Shown: positions 1-10,099, numbered from the stretch's first letter. The stretch: DNA of 64,000 bases from Rubrobacteraceae bacterium (GCA_965214435.1 OZ243960.1:1687330-1751329), one strand, 5' to 3'. Numbers and translations are program-made. Notes: generated by a model from the sequence alone, not told the origin.

Positions 1-1
1 C

Positions 2-103
2 AAGGAAGACGATCCGGTGCCCGGCATAAAGACCTGGTTGGAGAACAACCGCTCTACCGTCGAGCCCTGGCTGGAAGCGGCGCGTCAGGCTCAGAGTTCC
101 TAA
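2..103 (+). CDS. 3' end of an unidentified CDS (partial, enters from the left edge)
   Basis: Open frame 2 reads ...KEDDPVPGIKTWLENNRSTVEPWLEAARQAQSS and ends at TAA 101-103. GC-rich third codon positions. Product not recognisable. Confidence 0.4.
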   Translation, partial: KEDDPVPGIKTWLENNRSTVEPWLEAARQAQSS

Positions 104-109
104 CGGCAA

Positions 110-204
110 CCTGGAAACTTCGCACCCGGTAACGCAAAGCCCTCTCCTATATCTCCATGCGGAGGAGGCTTTGCGGCCCGGCTTCCAGGCTTTCGGAGTT
201 TTCT
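110..204 (+). terminator. Long imperfect stem-loop with U-rich tail between convergent genes
   Basis: CCTGGAA (110-116) pairs with TTCCAGG (183-189). Inner stem GCAAAGCCCTCTCC (134-147) pairs with GGAGGAGGCTTTGC (161-174). It is followed by CTTTCGGAGTTTTCT. Confidence 0.45.
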
Positions 205-229
205 AAAGGAGCACACCACCCGCTAGGTG

Positions 230-997
230 CTACTCGCGGAAACCTAGACGCCGGGACACCTCGACGGCGGCCCCGCGCGTAAGCTCGCCGACCCGGGGCA
301 CGGAGCTTTCCGTCAGCCGGAACGCCGGTCCCGCGACGCTCAAGGCCGCGGTAACCTCCCCTTCGGGACGGTATATAGGGGCTCCGACCCCGTTTAGCCC
401 GACCGCGAGTTCCTCTATGGTATAGCTGTAACCCCGAGACCGTATCGCTTCCAACTCGTCGCGGAGCTTACCGGGCTCCACCACGGTGTTCTCCGTAAAC
501 CGCTCCAGAGGTTCCGCGAGAACCGCCTCCCGGCGCTCCTCCGGCAGATGCGCCAGGAGTACCTTACCGCCCGGCGTGCAGTGCAGCGGTAGGTGCCAGC
601 CCGACCAGTTCACCCCGAGCACGGAAGGTGCTGCGGTCTGGTGTACGATGACCGCCTCATCGCCTTCGAGGAGCGCGACGATCACCGTTTCTCCCGTCTG
701 CTCGCTTAAGCTCTCGCAGAACGGGCGCGCGTACCGTACCACGTCGAGTTCACCCGTCACCGCGCTCGCAAGCCCCACCAGCCTGAAACCCAGCCGGTAC
801 TTGTCCGTCTCCGGGCTCCGCTCCACCATCCCGTGGCTCGCGAGTGTGGCGAGCAGCCGTTGAGCGTTCGACTTGTGGATTCCGAGCTCCCCCGCAACCT
901 CCGTCACCCCGGACCATCCCCGCCGGGCCAGAAGTTCCAGTACGAATACCGCCCGGTCTACCGACTGTATGGAACTCTTGCGCTCTTCTGAGTCCAT
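230..997 (-). CDS. IclR family transcriptional regulator
   Basis: 255 aa. N-terminal wHTH (SIQSVDRAVFVLELLARRG...VTEVAGELGIHKSNAQRLLATL) plus a C-terminal IclR effector-domain pattern. Divergent from the amidohydrolase gene. Confidence 0.85.
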   Translation of the reverse strand: MDSEERKSSIQSVDRAVFVLELLARRGWSGVTEVAGELGIHKSNAQRLLATLASHGMVERSPETDKYRLGFRLVGLASAVTGELDVVRYARPFCESLSEQTGETVIVALLEGDEAVIVHQTAAPSVLGVNWSGWHLPLHCTPGGKVLLAHLPEERREAVLAEPLERFTENTVVEPGKLRDELEAIRSRGYSYTIEELAVGLNGVGAPIYRPEGEVTAALSVAGPAFRLTESSVPRVGELTRGAAVEVSRRLGFRE

Positions 998-1186
998 AAG
1001 AGACTTCTACCACGCCCACCGAATTTGTACACACTCTTACACAATTGACCCCAACCTTGACCACCGTCCGGTGCTCTGATAGTGTTGCGTATAACAGTTA
1101 CCGTTGCGCACAAAGCAACACCGGATAGAATTGTGAGGGTTTCAAATTTTCTGGAGCCTCGGTTCGTTCTTCAGGAGGGGTGGTCG

Positions 1187-2293
1187 ATGATACAAGACAG
1201 TTACCAGGCTTCGAGGGGGCCGACCGGGTCTGGCCGGGTCTGGGAGAAGACGCGGTTTATAGACGCGGACGTACACGAGATGCTGCGTTCGATCCGGGAC
1301 CTCGCTCCCTACCTGCCGGAGCCGTGGCGGAGCCGGGTTTCGGTCGCCGACGGTTGGACCGGGCCGCCCGGTCTCCCTTACGCGTACCCGCAGATAGGTG
1401 GTGTCGCGAAGGCCGACGCGGCGCTGGAAGATGGTTCTCCGGCGGGCTCGGACTTCGAGGTCCTGCGTGAGCAGCTACTCGACGCCTACCCCGTGGAACA
1501 CGCCGTGCTCGCCGGTGGTTTCTACCCGACGGAAATGCGGGTGCAGCCCGAGTTCGCGGCGGCGCTGGCGGCGGCGTACAACGACTGGATGCTGGAGAAC
1601 TGGCTGGAAAAGGACGAGCGTCTGCTAGGCTCCGTGTGCGTCGCCGCCCAGGACCCGCAGGCCGCAGCCCGCGAGATAGACCGGATGGGAGCGCACCCCC
1701 GGATAGTCCAGGTTATGCTCCCGACCATCCCGCACGATGTCCTCGGCCGGGTGTTCTACCACCCGGTTTTCGAGGCTGCCGAGCGCAACGACCTCGTGGT
1801 TGCTTTTCACCAGGGCAACACTTCCGGGACCGCCGCCGGCCAGCCGCCGTACTACATCGAGTGGCACACCGCCATACCGCAGAGCTGGCAGTCCCAGCTT
1901 ATCGGCCTTATTACCCACGGGGTGTTCGAGAAGTACCCGGACCTGCGGGTGCTGCTCGTCGAGGGTGGATGGACCTGGCTGCCCAGTCTGATGTGGCGCT
2001 TCGACTACAACTACCGGAGCCTCCGCCGGGAGGTGCCGTGGGTCCGGCGGCTGCCGAGCGAGTACATCCGGGACAACGTCCGGGCGACCACCCAGCCCAT
2101 GGAGTACCCGGACAACCCGGAGCATCTATACCGGATGTTCGAGATGATCGGCTCCGAGGACTTTCTCGTGTTCTCGACGGACTACCCTCACTGGGACTTC
2201 GACTCGCCCACAAGGGTCTTCCCGAGCAGCTTTCCCAAAAGTTTGCAACGCAGGATCCTCTACGACAACGCCCGTAAATTCTACCGTCTGTAA
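1187..2293 (+). CDS. Amidohydrolase-2 family protein (ACMSD/LigW-type metal-dependent hydrolase or decarboxylase)
   Basis: FIDADVHE near the N-terminus and STDYPHWDF near the C-terminus. ATG at 1187 is preceded by AGGAGGGG. The ORF-track start at 1082 lies in AT-rich non-coding sequence. Confidence 0.8.
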   Translation: MIQDSYQASRGPTGSGRVWEKTRFIDADVHEMLRSIRDLAPYLPEPWRSRVSVADGWTGPPGLPYAYPQIGGVAKADAALEDGSPAGSDFEVLREQLLDAYPVEHAVLAGGFYPTEMRVQPEFAAALAAAYNDWMLENWLEKDERLLGSVCVAAQDPQAAAREIDRMGAHPRIVQVMLPTIPHDVLGRVFYHPVFEAAERNDLVVAFHQGNTSGTAAGQPPYYIEWHTAIPQSWQSQLIGLITHGVFEKYPDLRVLLVEGGWTWLPSLMWRFDYNYRSLRREVPWVRRLPSEYIRDNVRATTQPMEYPDNPEHLYRMFEMIGSEDFLVFSTDYPHWDFDSPTRVFPSSFPKSLQRRILYDNARKFYRL

Positions 2294-2309
2294 GGCTCGG
2301 AGGTACGAA

Positions 2310-2684
2310 GTGGATAAATCCAAAGACGTGCGCCGCGTAGTCTGCCGACGCGACGACCTGAACCCCGGGGAGATAAGGTCCTTCGAGGCCGGCCGGCGGC
2401 GCATCGCGGTTATGCGCCTCGAAGACGGCACGTTCCGGGCGATGGCCGACGGCTGCCCCCACGAGGGTGCGAGCATGGGCCAGGGAGCTATAGAAAGCAT
2501 GTGGACTGCCGACGAGGTCGGCCAGCACCGGCCCTCCGGGGACCGGGTAGTGGCGGTCTGCCCCTGGCACAACTTCGAGTTCGACGTGAATACCGGCCTC
2601 ACCCCGAATGTTTCGCCCCGCCTGCGCGTAAAGACCTACCCCACCCAACTCGAAGGAGAGGAGGTAGCCATATACGGCCTGTAA
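2310..2684 (+). CDS. Rieske (2Fe-2S) domain protein
   Basis: 124 aa with the two Rieske boxes CPHEG and CPWHNFEF. GTG start 16 nt after the amidohydrolase stop. Confidence 0.8.
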   Translation: MDKSKDVRRVVCRRDDLNPGEIRSFEAGRRRIAVMRLEDGTFRAMADGCPHEGASMGQGAIESMWTADEVGQHRPSGDRVVAVCPWHNFEFDVNTGLTPNVSPRLRVKTYPTQLEGEEVAIYGL

Positions 2685-2698
2685 AAACAACAAGTTGG

Positions 2699-2726
2699 TT
2701 ACTGTACCGTCCGGATGGTACAGTAA
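2699..2726. promoter_or_regulatory. Perfect 10-bp inverted repeat, candidate TetR operator
   Basis: TTACTGTACC-N8-GGTACAGTAA ends 6 nt before the TetR ATG (2732). The arms are AT-rich in a GC-rich context. Confidence 0.5.
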
Positions 2727-2731
2727 CTCGT

Positions 2732-3298
2732 ATGGCGGAAGAAAGAGGTTCACTGGAGACGCGCCGGAGGTTGCTGGCGGCGGCGGAGCGGATAGTTCTG
2801 CGGGACGGCGGGGCTTCGCTGACCATCGAGGCGGTCGCGAAGGAGGCGGGGGTGAGCAAGGGAGGATTGTTGTACCACTTCCCGAGCAAGCAGGCTCTAC
2901 TCTCCGGGATGGTCGAGCACATGGCTATAGACCGCTTTGAGAGGGAGTTGGAGCACCGTATAGGTGGGCTTTCGGATGCTCCTGGTGGCTGGGTGCGAGC
3001 CTACATCGAGGCGACTTTCGAGCCAGAGGACGAGGATCGCAACCTCGCTATGCAGTCGGGACTCCTGGCCGCCGCAGCCAACGACCCCTCGCTCCTGGCC
3101 CCGCTCCGGGAGCGTTACGGGGCGTTTCAGGAACGGGCCGAAAACGACGGCATAGACCCCGCCGTTGCAACGGTGGCGCGGCTGGCCGCCGACGGGTTGT
3201 GGTTCCTGGAGTTGCTGGGACTGCCCGCGGCCTCCGGGGAGTTGCGGGAGCGGGTGGTTGGGGTGCTGCGCGACATGACCCGCGGTTCGAACGAATAG
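2732..3298 (+). CDS. TetR/AcrR family transcriptional regulator (BetI-like by context)
   Basis: N-terminal HTH LTIEAVAKEAGVSKGGLLYHFPSK. ATG at 2732. The upstream part of ORF 2501..3298 overlaps the Rieske gene and is not coding. Confidence 0.85.
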   Translation: MAEERGSLETRRRLLAAAERIVLRDGGASLTIEAVAKEAGVSKGGLLYHFPSKQALLSGMVEHMAIDRFERELEHRIGGLSDAPGGWVRAYIEATFEPEDEDRNLAMQSGLLAAAANDPSLLAPLRERYGAFQERAENDGIDPAVATVARLAADGLWFLELLGLPAASGELRERVVGVLRDMTRGSNE

Positions 3299-3344
3299 TT
3301 TCCGGGAAGCCGGTCCGAATTAAAGACAAGAAAGAGGTAATGGT

Positions 3345-4832
3345 TTGTTGACGTCAAAAGTTCGTGGGATGCTCATAGACGGTTCGTGGGTCCCGGCTTC
3401 CGGCGGGGCCGAGCGAGAAATTTTAGACCCGGCAACGGCAGCGGTGATCTCAACGGTCCCCGAGGGAGACCGGGAGGATACCCGCCGGGCCATCGCCGCC
3501 GCCCGCCGAGCCTTTGACGAGGGGCCCTGGCCGCACCTGCCCGTCCAGGAACGCTCGAAGGTCCTCAATAAAATAGCGGACTTTATCGAGAGGGACCAGC
3601 AAGAACTGGCGGAGCTTGAGACGCTCGACACCGGCAAGACCGTTACCGAGAGCCTCGCGGACATGGAGGACATCGCGGGGGTCTTCCGGTACTACGCGGC
3701 GCTCATCGCCACCCACGAGGGCGAGGTCAACCCGGTAAACGCCGACGCTTTGAGCCTCACGACTTACGAGCCGGTCGGGGTCGTCGGCATGATAGCCCCC
3801 TGGAATTATCCCCTACTCCAGATCTCCTGGAAAATGGCCCCGGCGCTCGCGGCGGGCTGTACCTTTGTCGCCAAACCCAGCGAGCTTACCCCACTCACGA
3901 CGCTAAAAATCGGCGAGCTTCTGGTCGAGGCTGGTGTGCCGGACGGGGTGACGAACGTCGTCCTGGGCGCGGGAGCCGAGGCCGGCGCGGAACTCTCCGA
4001 GAACCCGGACGTGGACTTTATCTCCTTTACCGGCGGCGTCGAGAGCGGCCGCAAGGTCGCGGTCTCCGCTACGGAGTCGGTAAAGCAGGTGGCCCTGGAA
4101 CTCGGTGGCAAGAACCCGAACATCGTCTTCGCCGACGCCGACTTCGAGACCGCCGTGGACTACGCCTTGAACGCCGCCTTTTTCCACGCCGGGCAGGTCT
4201 GCTCCGCCGGCTCCCGCCTCCTGGTCGAGGAGTCTATCCACGACGATTTTGTGGAAGCTATCCTGGACCGGGCGCGCAACATAAAGGTCGGCTTCGGCCG
4301 GGACTTCGAAACCGAGATGGGGCCGCTGGTCTCCGCCGAGCACCGCGAGAAGGTCGAGGGCTACATCGCCCTGGCGAAAGAAGAAGGCGCGACTTTGAGG
4401 CTCGGCGGTGAGCGGCCTGAAGACGAAAATTTACAGGACGGCTTTTTCCTGGAGCCGACGGTCTTTACCGGTGTAAAGCCGGCGATGCGGGTCGCTAAAG
4501 AGGAGATCTTCGGTCCGGTGCTCACCATAGAGAGCTTCGACAGCGAGGAGTCGGCCGTCCGGGCGGCCAACGACACCACCTATGGCCTCGCCGGAGGCGT
4601 CTGGACCACAGACATGGGCCGGGCTAAAAGGGTAGCTTCCGCGCTCAAGATCGGGACCGTGTGGGTGAACGACTTCCATCCCTACTACCCCGAAGCCCCG
4701 TGGGGCGGCTACAAGCAGAGCGGTCTAGGGCGCGAGCTGGGTCGCGCGGGCCTGCACGAGTACCTCGAAGCCAAGCACGTTTGCATAAATCTGGCACCCC
4801 AGCCCACCGGCTGGTTCGGCAACGCCGGTTAG
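3345..4832 (+). CDS. NAD(P)-dependent aldehyde dehydrogenase, betaine-aldehyde dehydrogenase-like
   Basis: 495 aa. ALDH signatures ELGGKNP and FFHAGQVCSAGSR (catalytic Cys), plus EEIFGPV. TTG start 7 nt after GAGG. Confidence 0.9.
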   Translation: MLTSKVRGMLIDGSWVPASGGAEREILDPATAAVISTVPEGDREDTRRAIAAARRAFDEGPWPHLPVQERSKVLNKIADFIERDQQELAELETLDTGKTVTESLADMEDIAGVFRYYAALIATHEGEVNPVNADALSLTTYEPVGVVGMIAPWNYPLLQISWKMAPALAAGCTFVAKPSELTPLTTLKIGELLVEAGVPDGVTNVVLGAGAEAGAELSENPDVDFISFTGGVESGRKVAVSATESVKQVALELGGKNPNIVFADADFETAVDYALNAAFFHAGQVCSAGSRLLVEESIHDDFVEAILDRARNIKVGFGRDFETEMGPLVSAEHREKVEGYIALAKEEGATLRLGGERPEDENLQDGFFLEPTVFTGVKPAMRVAKEEIFGPVLTIESFDSEESAVRAANDTTYGLAGGVWTTDMGRAKRVASALKIGTVWVNDFHPYYPEAPWGGYKQSGLGRELGRAGLHEYLEAKHVCINLAPQPTGWFGNAG

Positions 4833-4845
4833 AAGGAGCACCCCT

Positions 4846-6393
4846 TTGACAGACAAGACACGTTACGACTACCTGATCGTCGGCGGCGGGACGGCGGGCG
4901 CGGTCATCGCCGCCCGCCTCGCCGAAGACCCTGATACCACCGTCTGCCTGCTGGAGGCCGGACCGTCAGACGAGGGAGTGAAGGAGATCCTGGAGCTTCG
5001 CGGCTGGCAGCAGTTGCTCGGCTCCGAGGAGTACGGTCACGACTTCAAAATAGAGCCCCAGTCGCGCGGCAACGACGATATATTGCACAGCCGCGGCATC
5101 ATGCTCGGCGGCTCTAGCTCCCACAACTCTGCCATCGCCTTCCAACCCCCGGAAGGGGATTTCGTGCGCTGGGAGTCCGGCGGGGCTACCGGCTGGGGAC
5201 CGGAGGGAACCCGGCCCTACTTCGAGAAGGTCGCCGAAAAGGTCAACATGGAGACCTCCGAAGCCGGCAACGAGGCGGTCGAGGCGTTTATCGAGGCCGG
5301 GAGTCAGGCCGGTTTCCCGAAATTATCGTTTGACAGGGAAGTGCGGGAGGGCGTCGGGCTCTTCTTCCTGAACAAGAAGGGACCTTACCGCCAGTCAAGC
5401 TCGGTCGCCTACCTGCATCCCACCTCCGATCTGCCGGAGAACCTGACGGTGCTCACCTCGGCTGCGGCCCGGCGGGTGCTATTCGAGGACGGCCGGGCGG
5501 TAGGGGTGGAGACCGCGTGCGGGACCTACTACGCGGAGAAAGAGGTCATCCTGTGTTGCGGGGCCTTCGACACGCCGAAGCTGCTGCTGCTCTCCGGGGT
5601 CGGACCGGCGGATCACCTGCGGGACCTCGGCATACCCGTGGTCTCGGACTTGCCCGGTGTCGGTGAGAACCTGCTCGACCATCCGGAAGGTGTCGTGATG
5701 TGGGAGTCCTCGCGCCCGGTGCCGGAGGCGACGAGCAACTACTACGAGGCGGGCCTCTTCGCCAGGGTAGACGTAGATGCGGATACCCCGGACCTGATGT
5801 TCCACTTCGGCACCCAGGCTTTTGACATGCACACGCTCCCGAACGGGTACCCGACCGCCGAGCAAGCCTTCTGTGTAACCCCGAACGTCGCCCGAGCAAA
5901 GAGCCGGGGCGTGGTGCGGCTCCGCTCATCGGACCCTTCGGCCTCGCCGCTCATAGACTTCCGGTACTTCACGGACCCCGAAGGCTACGACGAGAGGATC
6001 ATGGTAGAGGGCGTCCGGCTCGCCCGCGAACTCGCCGCCCAACCGGCCCTCGCGAAGTGGGCTAAAAAAGAGCTTGCCCCGGGTCCGGAGGTACAGAGCT
6101 TCGAGGACATCTCCGCCTACGTCCGCAGCACCGCGAACACCGTATACCACCCGGCCGGGACATGTAGCCTGGGAAGCGCGGACGATACAGACGCCGTCGT
6201 GGACCCCGAGTTGCGGGTGCGGGGCGTGGATGGATTGCGCGTCGCGGATGCATCCATTTTCCCGTCCATGATCACGGTCAACCCCGCCATCACCTGCATG
6301 ATGATCGGGGAGAAGTGCGCCGACCTCCTGCGCGGCCGCACCACCTCTCCCGAAACGGCGGGCGCGTCGCGCCCGGAGAGTTCTTCCGTCTAG
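4846..6393 (+). CDS. GMC family FAD oxidoreductase (choline oxidase/dehydrogenase-like)
   Basis: N-terminal YDYLIVGGGTAGAVIAARLAED FAD fold. GMC signature region GGSSSHNS. C-terminal HPAGTCSLG...VDGLRVADASIFP. Confidence 0.9.
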   Translation: MTDKTRYDYLIVGGGTAGAVIAARLAEDPDTTVCLLEAGPSDEGVKEILELRGWQQLLGSEEYGHDFKIEPQSRGNDDILHSRGIMLGGSSSHNSAIAFQPPEGDFVRWESGGATGWGPEGTRPYFEKVAEKVNMETSEAGNEAVEAFIEAGSQAGFPKLSFDREVREGVGLFFLNKKGPYRQSSSVAYLHPTSDLPENLTVLTSAAARRVLFEDGRAVGVETACGTYYAEKEVILCCGAFDTPKLLLLSGVGPADHLRDLGIPVVSDLPGVGENLLDHPEGVVMWESSRPVPEATSNYYEAGLFARVDVDADTPDLMFHFGTQAFDMHTLPNGYPTAEQAFCVTPNVARAKSRGVVRLRSSDPSASPLIDFRYFTDPEGYDERIMVEGVRLARELAAQPALAKWAKKELAPGPEVQSFEDISAYVRSTANTVYHPAGTCSLGSADDTDAVVDPELRVRGVDGLRVADASIFPSMITVNPAITCMMIGEKCADLLRGRTTSPETAGASRPESSSV

Positions 6394-6403
6394 GAGAGCT
6401 TCG

Positions 6404-7147
6404 CTAGGAGACCTCCGCAGGGTCTATGGGCCGCAAACGTTTCTCGCGGAGGTCTTCGTAGTACGGTTGGCACCGCTCGCAAGTTTCCACGAGATCTTCC
6501 GGCAACTCCACCTTTTTGCGGGGGGTCTTGCTCAACCCGGTACTCTTTTGGGCGTCGGTGTGCCAGGACTCCCATGTTTTCCACTCCGGCACCTCGCGCG
6601 GCTCCCACGTCAAGGCTTCGGGTACAAAGGGGATGTCCAGGCTCTCGCAGTAGGCGGCCACCGTGCCCTCCGGGTCTTCGGCGAGGTCCGCCGCGTCCAC
6701 GATGATCGGCTCTTCTTCGGCCTGCTCGGCGTACCCGAAGAGGCGGTGTAGCTGCTCGTAGCCGGCTTCTTCAAAGGTAAAGTCCGGCCACATCTTGTAG
6801 AACGAGGTAAGCGCCTCGCGGGGCTCGCGGATAATGAACGTGTTTGTAAAGCGGGCGGCGAACTCCGGGCCCATGTGGTCGGTAACGTGGTAGGCCATGT
6901 CTTTAAAAAAGACGGGTTTCTCGTCGGAGTCCCGGATCTCCTTCCACACGCTGGCATGTTTGTAGCGTTCGTCCGGCTCCGTATCCGGGAAGCGGTCGCT
7001 CCGCCGCTCTTCGCTGAAGTAGTAGGCTACGGCGAACGGCTCGTGGAAGACGGTAAAGTCGCCGCGTTCGACGAACACCCGCTCGAAAGCGGTCGAAACG
7101 GACCGGGGCGCGGCCCACAGGGCTACGGGTTTATCTACTGGCATCAT
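6404..7147 (-). CDS. Sulfotransferase-like P-loop protein (uncertain family)
   Basis: 247 aa. N-terminal LWAAPRSVSTAFERVF resembles a 5'-PSB loop of sulfotransferases. Convergent with the GMC gene. Confidence 0.5.
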   Translation of the reverse strand: MMPVDKPVALWAAPRSVSTAFERVFVERGDFTVFHEPFAVAYYFSEERRSDRFPDTEPDERYKHASVWKEIRDSDEKPVFFKDMAYHVTDHMGPEFAARFTNTFIIREPREALTSFYKMWPDFTFEEAGYEQLHRLFGYAEQAEEEPIIVDAADLAEDPEGTVAAYCESLDIPFVPEALTWEPREVPEWKTWESWHTDAQKSTGLSKTPRKKVELPEDLVETCERCQPYYEDLREKRLRPIDPAEVS

Positions 7148-7207
7148 GAATCGGACCTGTTCCCGGTTTCGAGGTAACGTAAACCCCGGTAAGTTTTGCT
7201 AGCTGCG

Positions 7208-8581
7208 CTAGCCGGAGATCCGGGCCTGCAGCCGTTCCCGGACCGCCTCTATCGGCACCCGCTCCTGGAGCATCGTATCCCGGTCGCGAATGGTAACTTT
7301 CTTGTCGTCGGCGGTGTCGAAGTCCACCGTAACGCAGAACGGGGTGCCAGCCTCGTCCTGGCGGCGGTAGCGGCGGCCGATAGACCCCGAGTCGTCGTAG
7401 AAGATGCTGTAGTCGCCCTTTAGCTCGTCGTAGAGTTGCTTGGCGAGGCTACCGACCGGCTCTTTTTTGGAGAGCGGGAAGACGGCGGCTTTTACCGGGG
7501 CGAGCCTGGGATGGAGCTTCAGCACGACCCGCGACTCGCCGGAGCCGTCGGGGGCTTCTTCCTCGGTGTAGGCGTCTACCAGGAAGGCCAGCGCCATCCG
7601 GTCCGCGCCGACAGCGGGCTCGACGACGTAGGGCACGTAGCTCGTGTTCTGGGCCTGGTCGTAGTAGGAGAGGTTCTCGCCGGTAAAGGCGGCGTGCTGC
7701 TTGAGATCGTAGTCGGTGCGGTTCGCGATGCCTTCAAGCTCCGACCAGCCGGCGAACGGGTAGTCGTACTCGATGTCCACGGTGCGCTTTGAGTAGTGGG
7801 AGAGCTTCTCTTGCGGGTGCTCGTAGAGGCGGAGGTTCTCCGGGGAGAGGCCGAGCTTTACGTACCAATTGAAACGCTCCTGGATCCAGAACTCGTGCCA
7901 CTCCTCGTCGGTGCTGGGCTCGACAAAGAACTCCATCTCCATCTGCTCGAATTCCCGGGTGCGAAAGATAAAGTTGCCGGGAGTAATTTCGTTCCGGAAG
8001 GACTTCCCGATCTGGGCTATCCCGAACGGTACTTTTACCCGGCTAGTCTGGGCGACGTTCTTGAAGTTTACGAAGATGCCCTGGGCCGTCTCGGGCCGGA
8101 GGTACGCCAGGTTCTCCGGGCTTTTTACCGGGCCGGTGTAGGTCTCGAACATCAGGTTGAACGGCCGAACCTCCGAGAAGTCCTGGCCGCCGTCCACGGG
8201 GTCTTTTATGCGCTCGTCGGAGCGGATTATTTCCGTTAGCTCTTCGGCGGATAAGCCTTCGGCGTCGATGTCGGTTGCGGCCTCGATCAGGTGGTCCGCC
8301 CGGTAGCGCCGCCCCGAAGTGCGGCTCTCGACCAGCATGTCGTTAAAGGTCGCCGTGTGCCCGGAAGCCTCCCAGACCCTCGGGTGCATGATGATCGCCG
8401 CGTCCAGGCCGACCACGTCGTCGCGCATGTGGACCGTGCTGCGCCACCACTCGTTCTTTATATTCCGCTTTAGCTCGACGCCCATCGGCCCGTAGTCGTA
8501 GGAGGAGCGGGTGCCGCCGTAGATCTCCGAACTCTGATATACAAAGCCCCGGCGCTTGCAGAACGCGACTATCTTATCCAT
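7208..8581 (-). CDS. glyQS: Glycine--tRNA ligase (single-chain GlyQS type)
   Basis: [23 protein letters not shown]..., [25 protein letters not shown] and class II aaRS motifs. ATG at 8581 is preceded by GAGG. The ORF-track start 8608 is less likely. Confidence 0.95.
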   Translation of the reverse strand: MDKIVAFCKRRGFVYQSSEIYGGTRSSYDYGPMGVELKRNIKNEWWRSTVHMRDDVVGLDAAIIMHPRVWEASGHTATFNDMLVESRTSGRRYRADHLIEAATDIDAEGLSAEELTEIIRSDERIKDPVDGGQDFSEVRPFNLMFETYTGPVKSPENLAYLRPETAQGIFVNFKNVAQTSRVKVPFGIAQIGKSFRNEITPGNFIFRTREFEQMEMEFFVEPSTDEEWHEFWIQERFNWYVKLGLSPENLRLYEHPQEKLSHYSKRTVDIEYDYPFAGWSELEGIANRTDYDLKQHAAFTGENLSYYDQAQNTSYVPYVVEPAVGADRMALAFLVDAYTEEEAPDGSGESRVVLKLHPRLAPVKAAVFPLSKKEPVGSLAKQLYDELKGDYSIFYDDSGSIGRRYRRQDEAGTPFCVTVDFDTADDKKVTIRDRDTMLQERVPIEAVRERLQARISG

Positions 8582-8723
8582 ACCGACCTCAGGTCCTCTA
8601 TGCGACACGAAATACCCTCCGGAATACTCGCCAGACTACTAAAGCCCCGCAAGTATAACCTGGAGGCCCCGCCAGCAAGCCTCGGTCTTTACGGGGGTTA
8701 ACCGCGGCGCGGTCGGCTAAGGT

Positions 8724-9407
8724 CTACTCTCCGAAGTCGTCGTGGGAGTGCTCGGGGACGGTCGGCCCTTCGGAAGGCTGTATCAAAACCCACCCCGAGC
8801 CCTCGAAGGAGATCTGGAACGTCTCCCCGCTCCCGCGTCCCATAAAGGTCTTGAACGAGATGTCGCTCCGGACGCTCGTGCGGACCCCGCCGCTCCAGGC
8901 AACCGCCGAGTCCGGGTCGGCGAAGGTCGGGGTGCTGGTGTCCAGCAGCACCGGGTCCCCGTCCGATGTTACGGCGACCTTGCCGGTGCCCTCTAGCACC
9001 ACGTTAAACATCCCGCCCGCTAGCCGGCCGCCGCCCTCGACGCGCCGGATGTCCCAGACGATGGCCGGGTCAAAAGCCAGGATGTTCTCGCCGTTGATCG
9101 TCATCTTCTCGTTTTCGAGGTCTATGACCATGATCTTGCGTTTGTTGTGCGCCAGAAAGAGGTCCCCGGTACCCGACGCCTTCATAAGGCTCGTCTCCTC
9201 GCCGGTCACAGCCTTCTTGAAAAAGCGCCCCAGGCCGCCACTCTTGTACTCAAAGCGGACGTCTCCCTGGTAGGCGACCATCGAGCCTAGCTTGGCCTGT
9301 ACCTCGTCGCCGTCCAGCCGCACCTTTAGCATGGACGAGTTCTGCAGGGTAAAGCGGCCCTCCAGCGTTACTTCCCGGAACTGCTCCAGGTTCGTCTCTC
9401 TCATCAT
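8724..9407 (-). CDS. AIM24 family protein (DUF124/TIGR00266-like)
   Basis: 227 aa with the beta-rich AIM24 pattern: LGSMVAYQGDVRFEYK, MKASGTGDLFLA, INGENILAFD. Confidence 0.7.
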   Translation of the reverse strand: MMRETNLEQFREVTLEGRFTLQNSSMLKVRLDGDEVQAKLGSMVAYQGDVRFEYKSGGLGRFFKKAVTGEETSLMKASGTGDLFLAHNKRKIMVIDLENEKMTINGENILAFDPAIVWDIRRVEGGGRLAGGMFNVVLEGTGKVAVTSDGDPVLLDTSTPTFADPDSAVAWSGGVRTSVRSDISFKTFMGRGSGETFQISFEGSGWVLIQPSEGPTVPEHSHDDFGE

Positions 9408-9506
9408 GCCCCTCCTGACTCCTTGTACTCTATGCCAAGATACGTGCCTACTCTGAGAAGGTTTCTCGGCCGGTACCCGTCCGGGAGCCTGGGTTATAAT
9501 CCCGGG

Positions 9507-10088
9507 ATGGAAACAGCAACCATTATCGCCATCGGGATCGGGATCGGGCTCGCCGCTGTCGCCGGGGTGCGGGCTTTTCTGCCCCTACTGCTCGCGGGGT
9601 TCGCAGCTAACCTCGGGCTTATAGACTTAACGGGAATTCTAGGACCGCTAGACGACGGTATCGTTCTCCTGGTGCTGCTCGGGCTTTCCCTGACAGAGAT
9701 AATCCTGGACAAGTTCGCGGCCCTCGACCGTATCCTGGACGCGGTTCTGACGCCGGTCCGGAGCATAGCCGGCGGGATACTCTTTATGGTGGCGCTGACG
9801 GTCGGCACGGTTGTCGGCGGTTTGTGGGCTTTCGTGGTTGGGGCGGTGATCGCCGGTCTGGTGGCCGGACTTAAAGCTTTTCTACGGCCTCCGGCAGGCG
9901 CTTCGGCCGGGGTATCGGATTCCTTTTTAAGCTTTCTTGAGGATCTGGCCGCCGGGCTGGGCGGTATCGTGGCGGTCTTTGTGCCGGTAATATCGGCGCT
10001 TCTGGTGGCTTTTCTTTTGTACTTCTATCGCCGGTTACGCCGCCGCCGGGGTCGTAAGTACCAGGGGTTGCGTATACTCGGCGACTAG
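9507..10088 (+). CDS. DUF4126-type integral membrane protein
   Basis: METATIIAIGIGIGLAAVAGVRAFLPLLLAGFA..., several TM helices and an RRRRGRK tail. The ATG at 9507 fits better than the ORF-track start 9423. Confidence 0.65.
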   Translation: METATIIAIGIGIGLAAVAGVRAFLPLLLAGFAANLGLIDLTGILGPLDDGIVLLVLLGLSLTEIILDKFAALDRILDAVLTPVRSIAGGILFMVALTVGTVVGGLWAFVVGAVIAGLVAGLKAFLRPPAGASAGVSDSFLSFLEDLAAGLGGIVAVFVPVISALLVAFLLYFYRRLRRRRGRKYQGLRILGD

Positions 10089-10099
10089 CCCTGGCGCTC

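Noticed and set aside
131-140. ACGCAAAGCC, which matches the hallmark of the c-di-GMP-I (GEMM-I) riboswitch.
   Set aside because: The GGCAAACC/GNRA first hairpin and the rest of the GEMM core are not present. The element sits between two convergent 3' ends with no gene to regulate. It folds better as part of one long terminator-like hairpin (110-189).
1082-1121. GTGTTGC-N26-GCAACAC symmetric element in the IclR/amidohydrolase divergent promoter region, considered as an IclR operator.
   Set aside because: The arms are short and the 26-bp spacing is unusually long. I cannot distinguish it from chance, so it is not listed as a feature.
8582-8723. Possible T-box leader upstream of glyQS.
   Set aside because: There is no T-box sequence (AANNNGGGTGGTACCGCG-like), no specifier-loop architecture and no terminator/antiterminator pair. 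The region is only about 140 nt.
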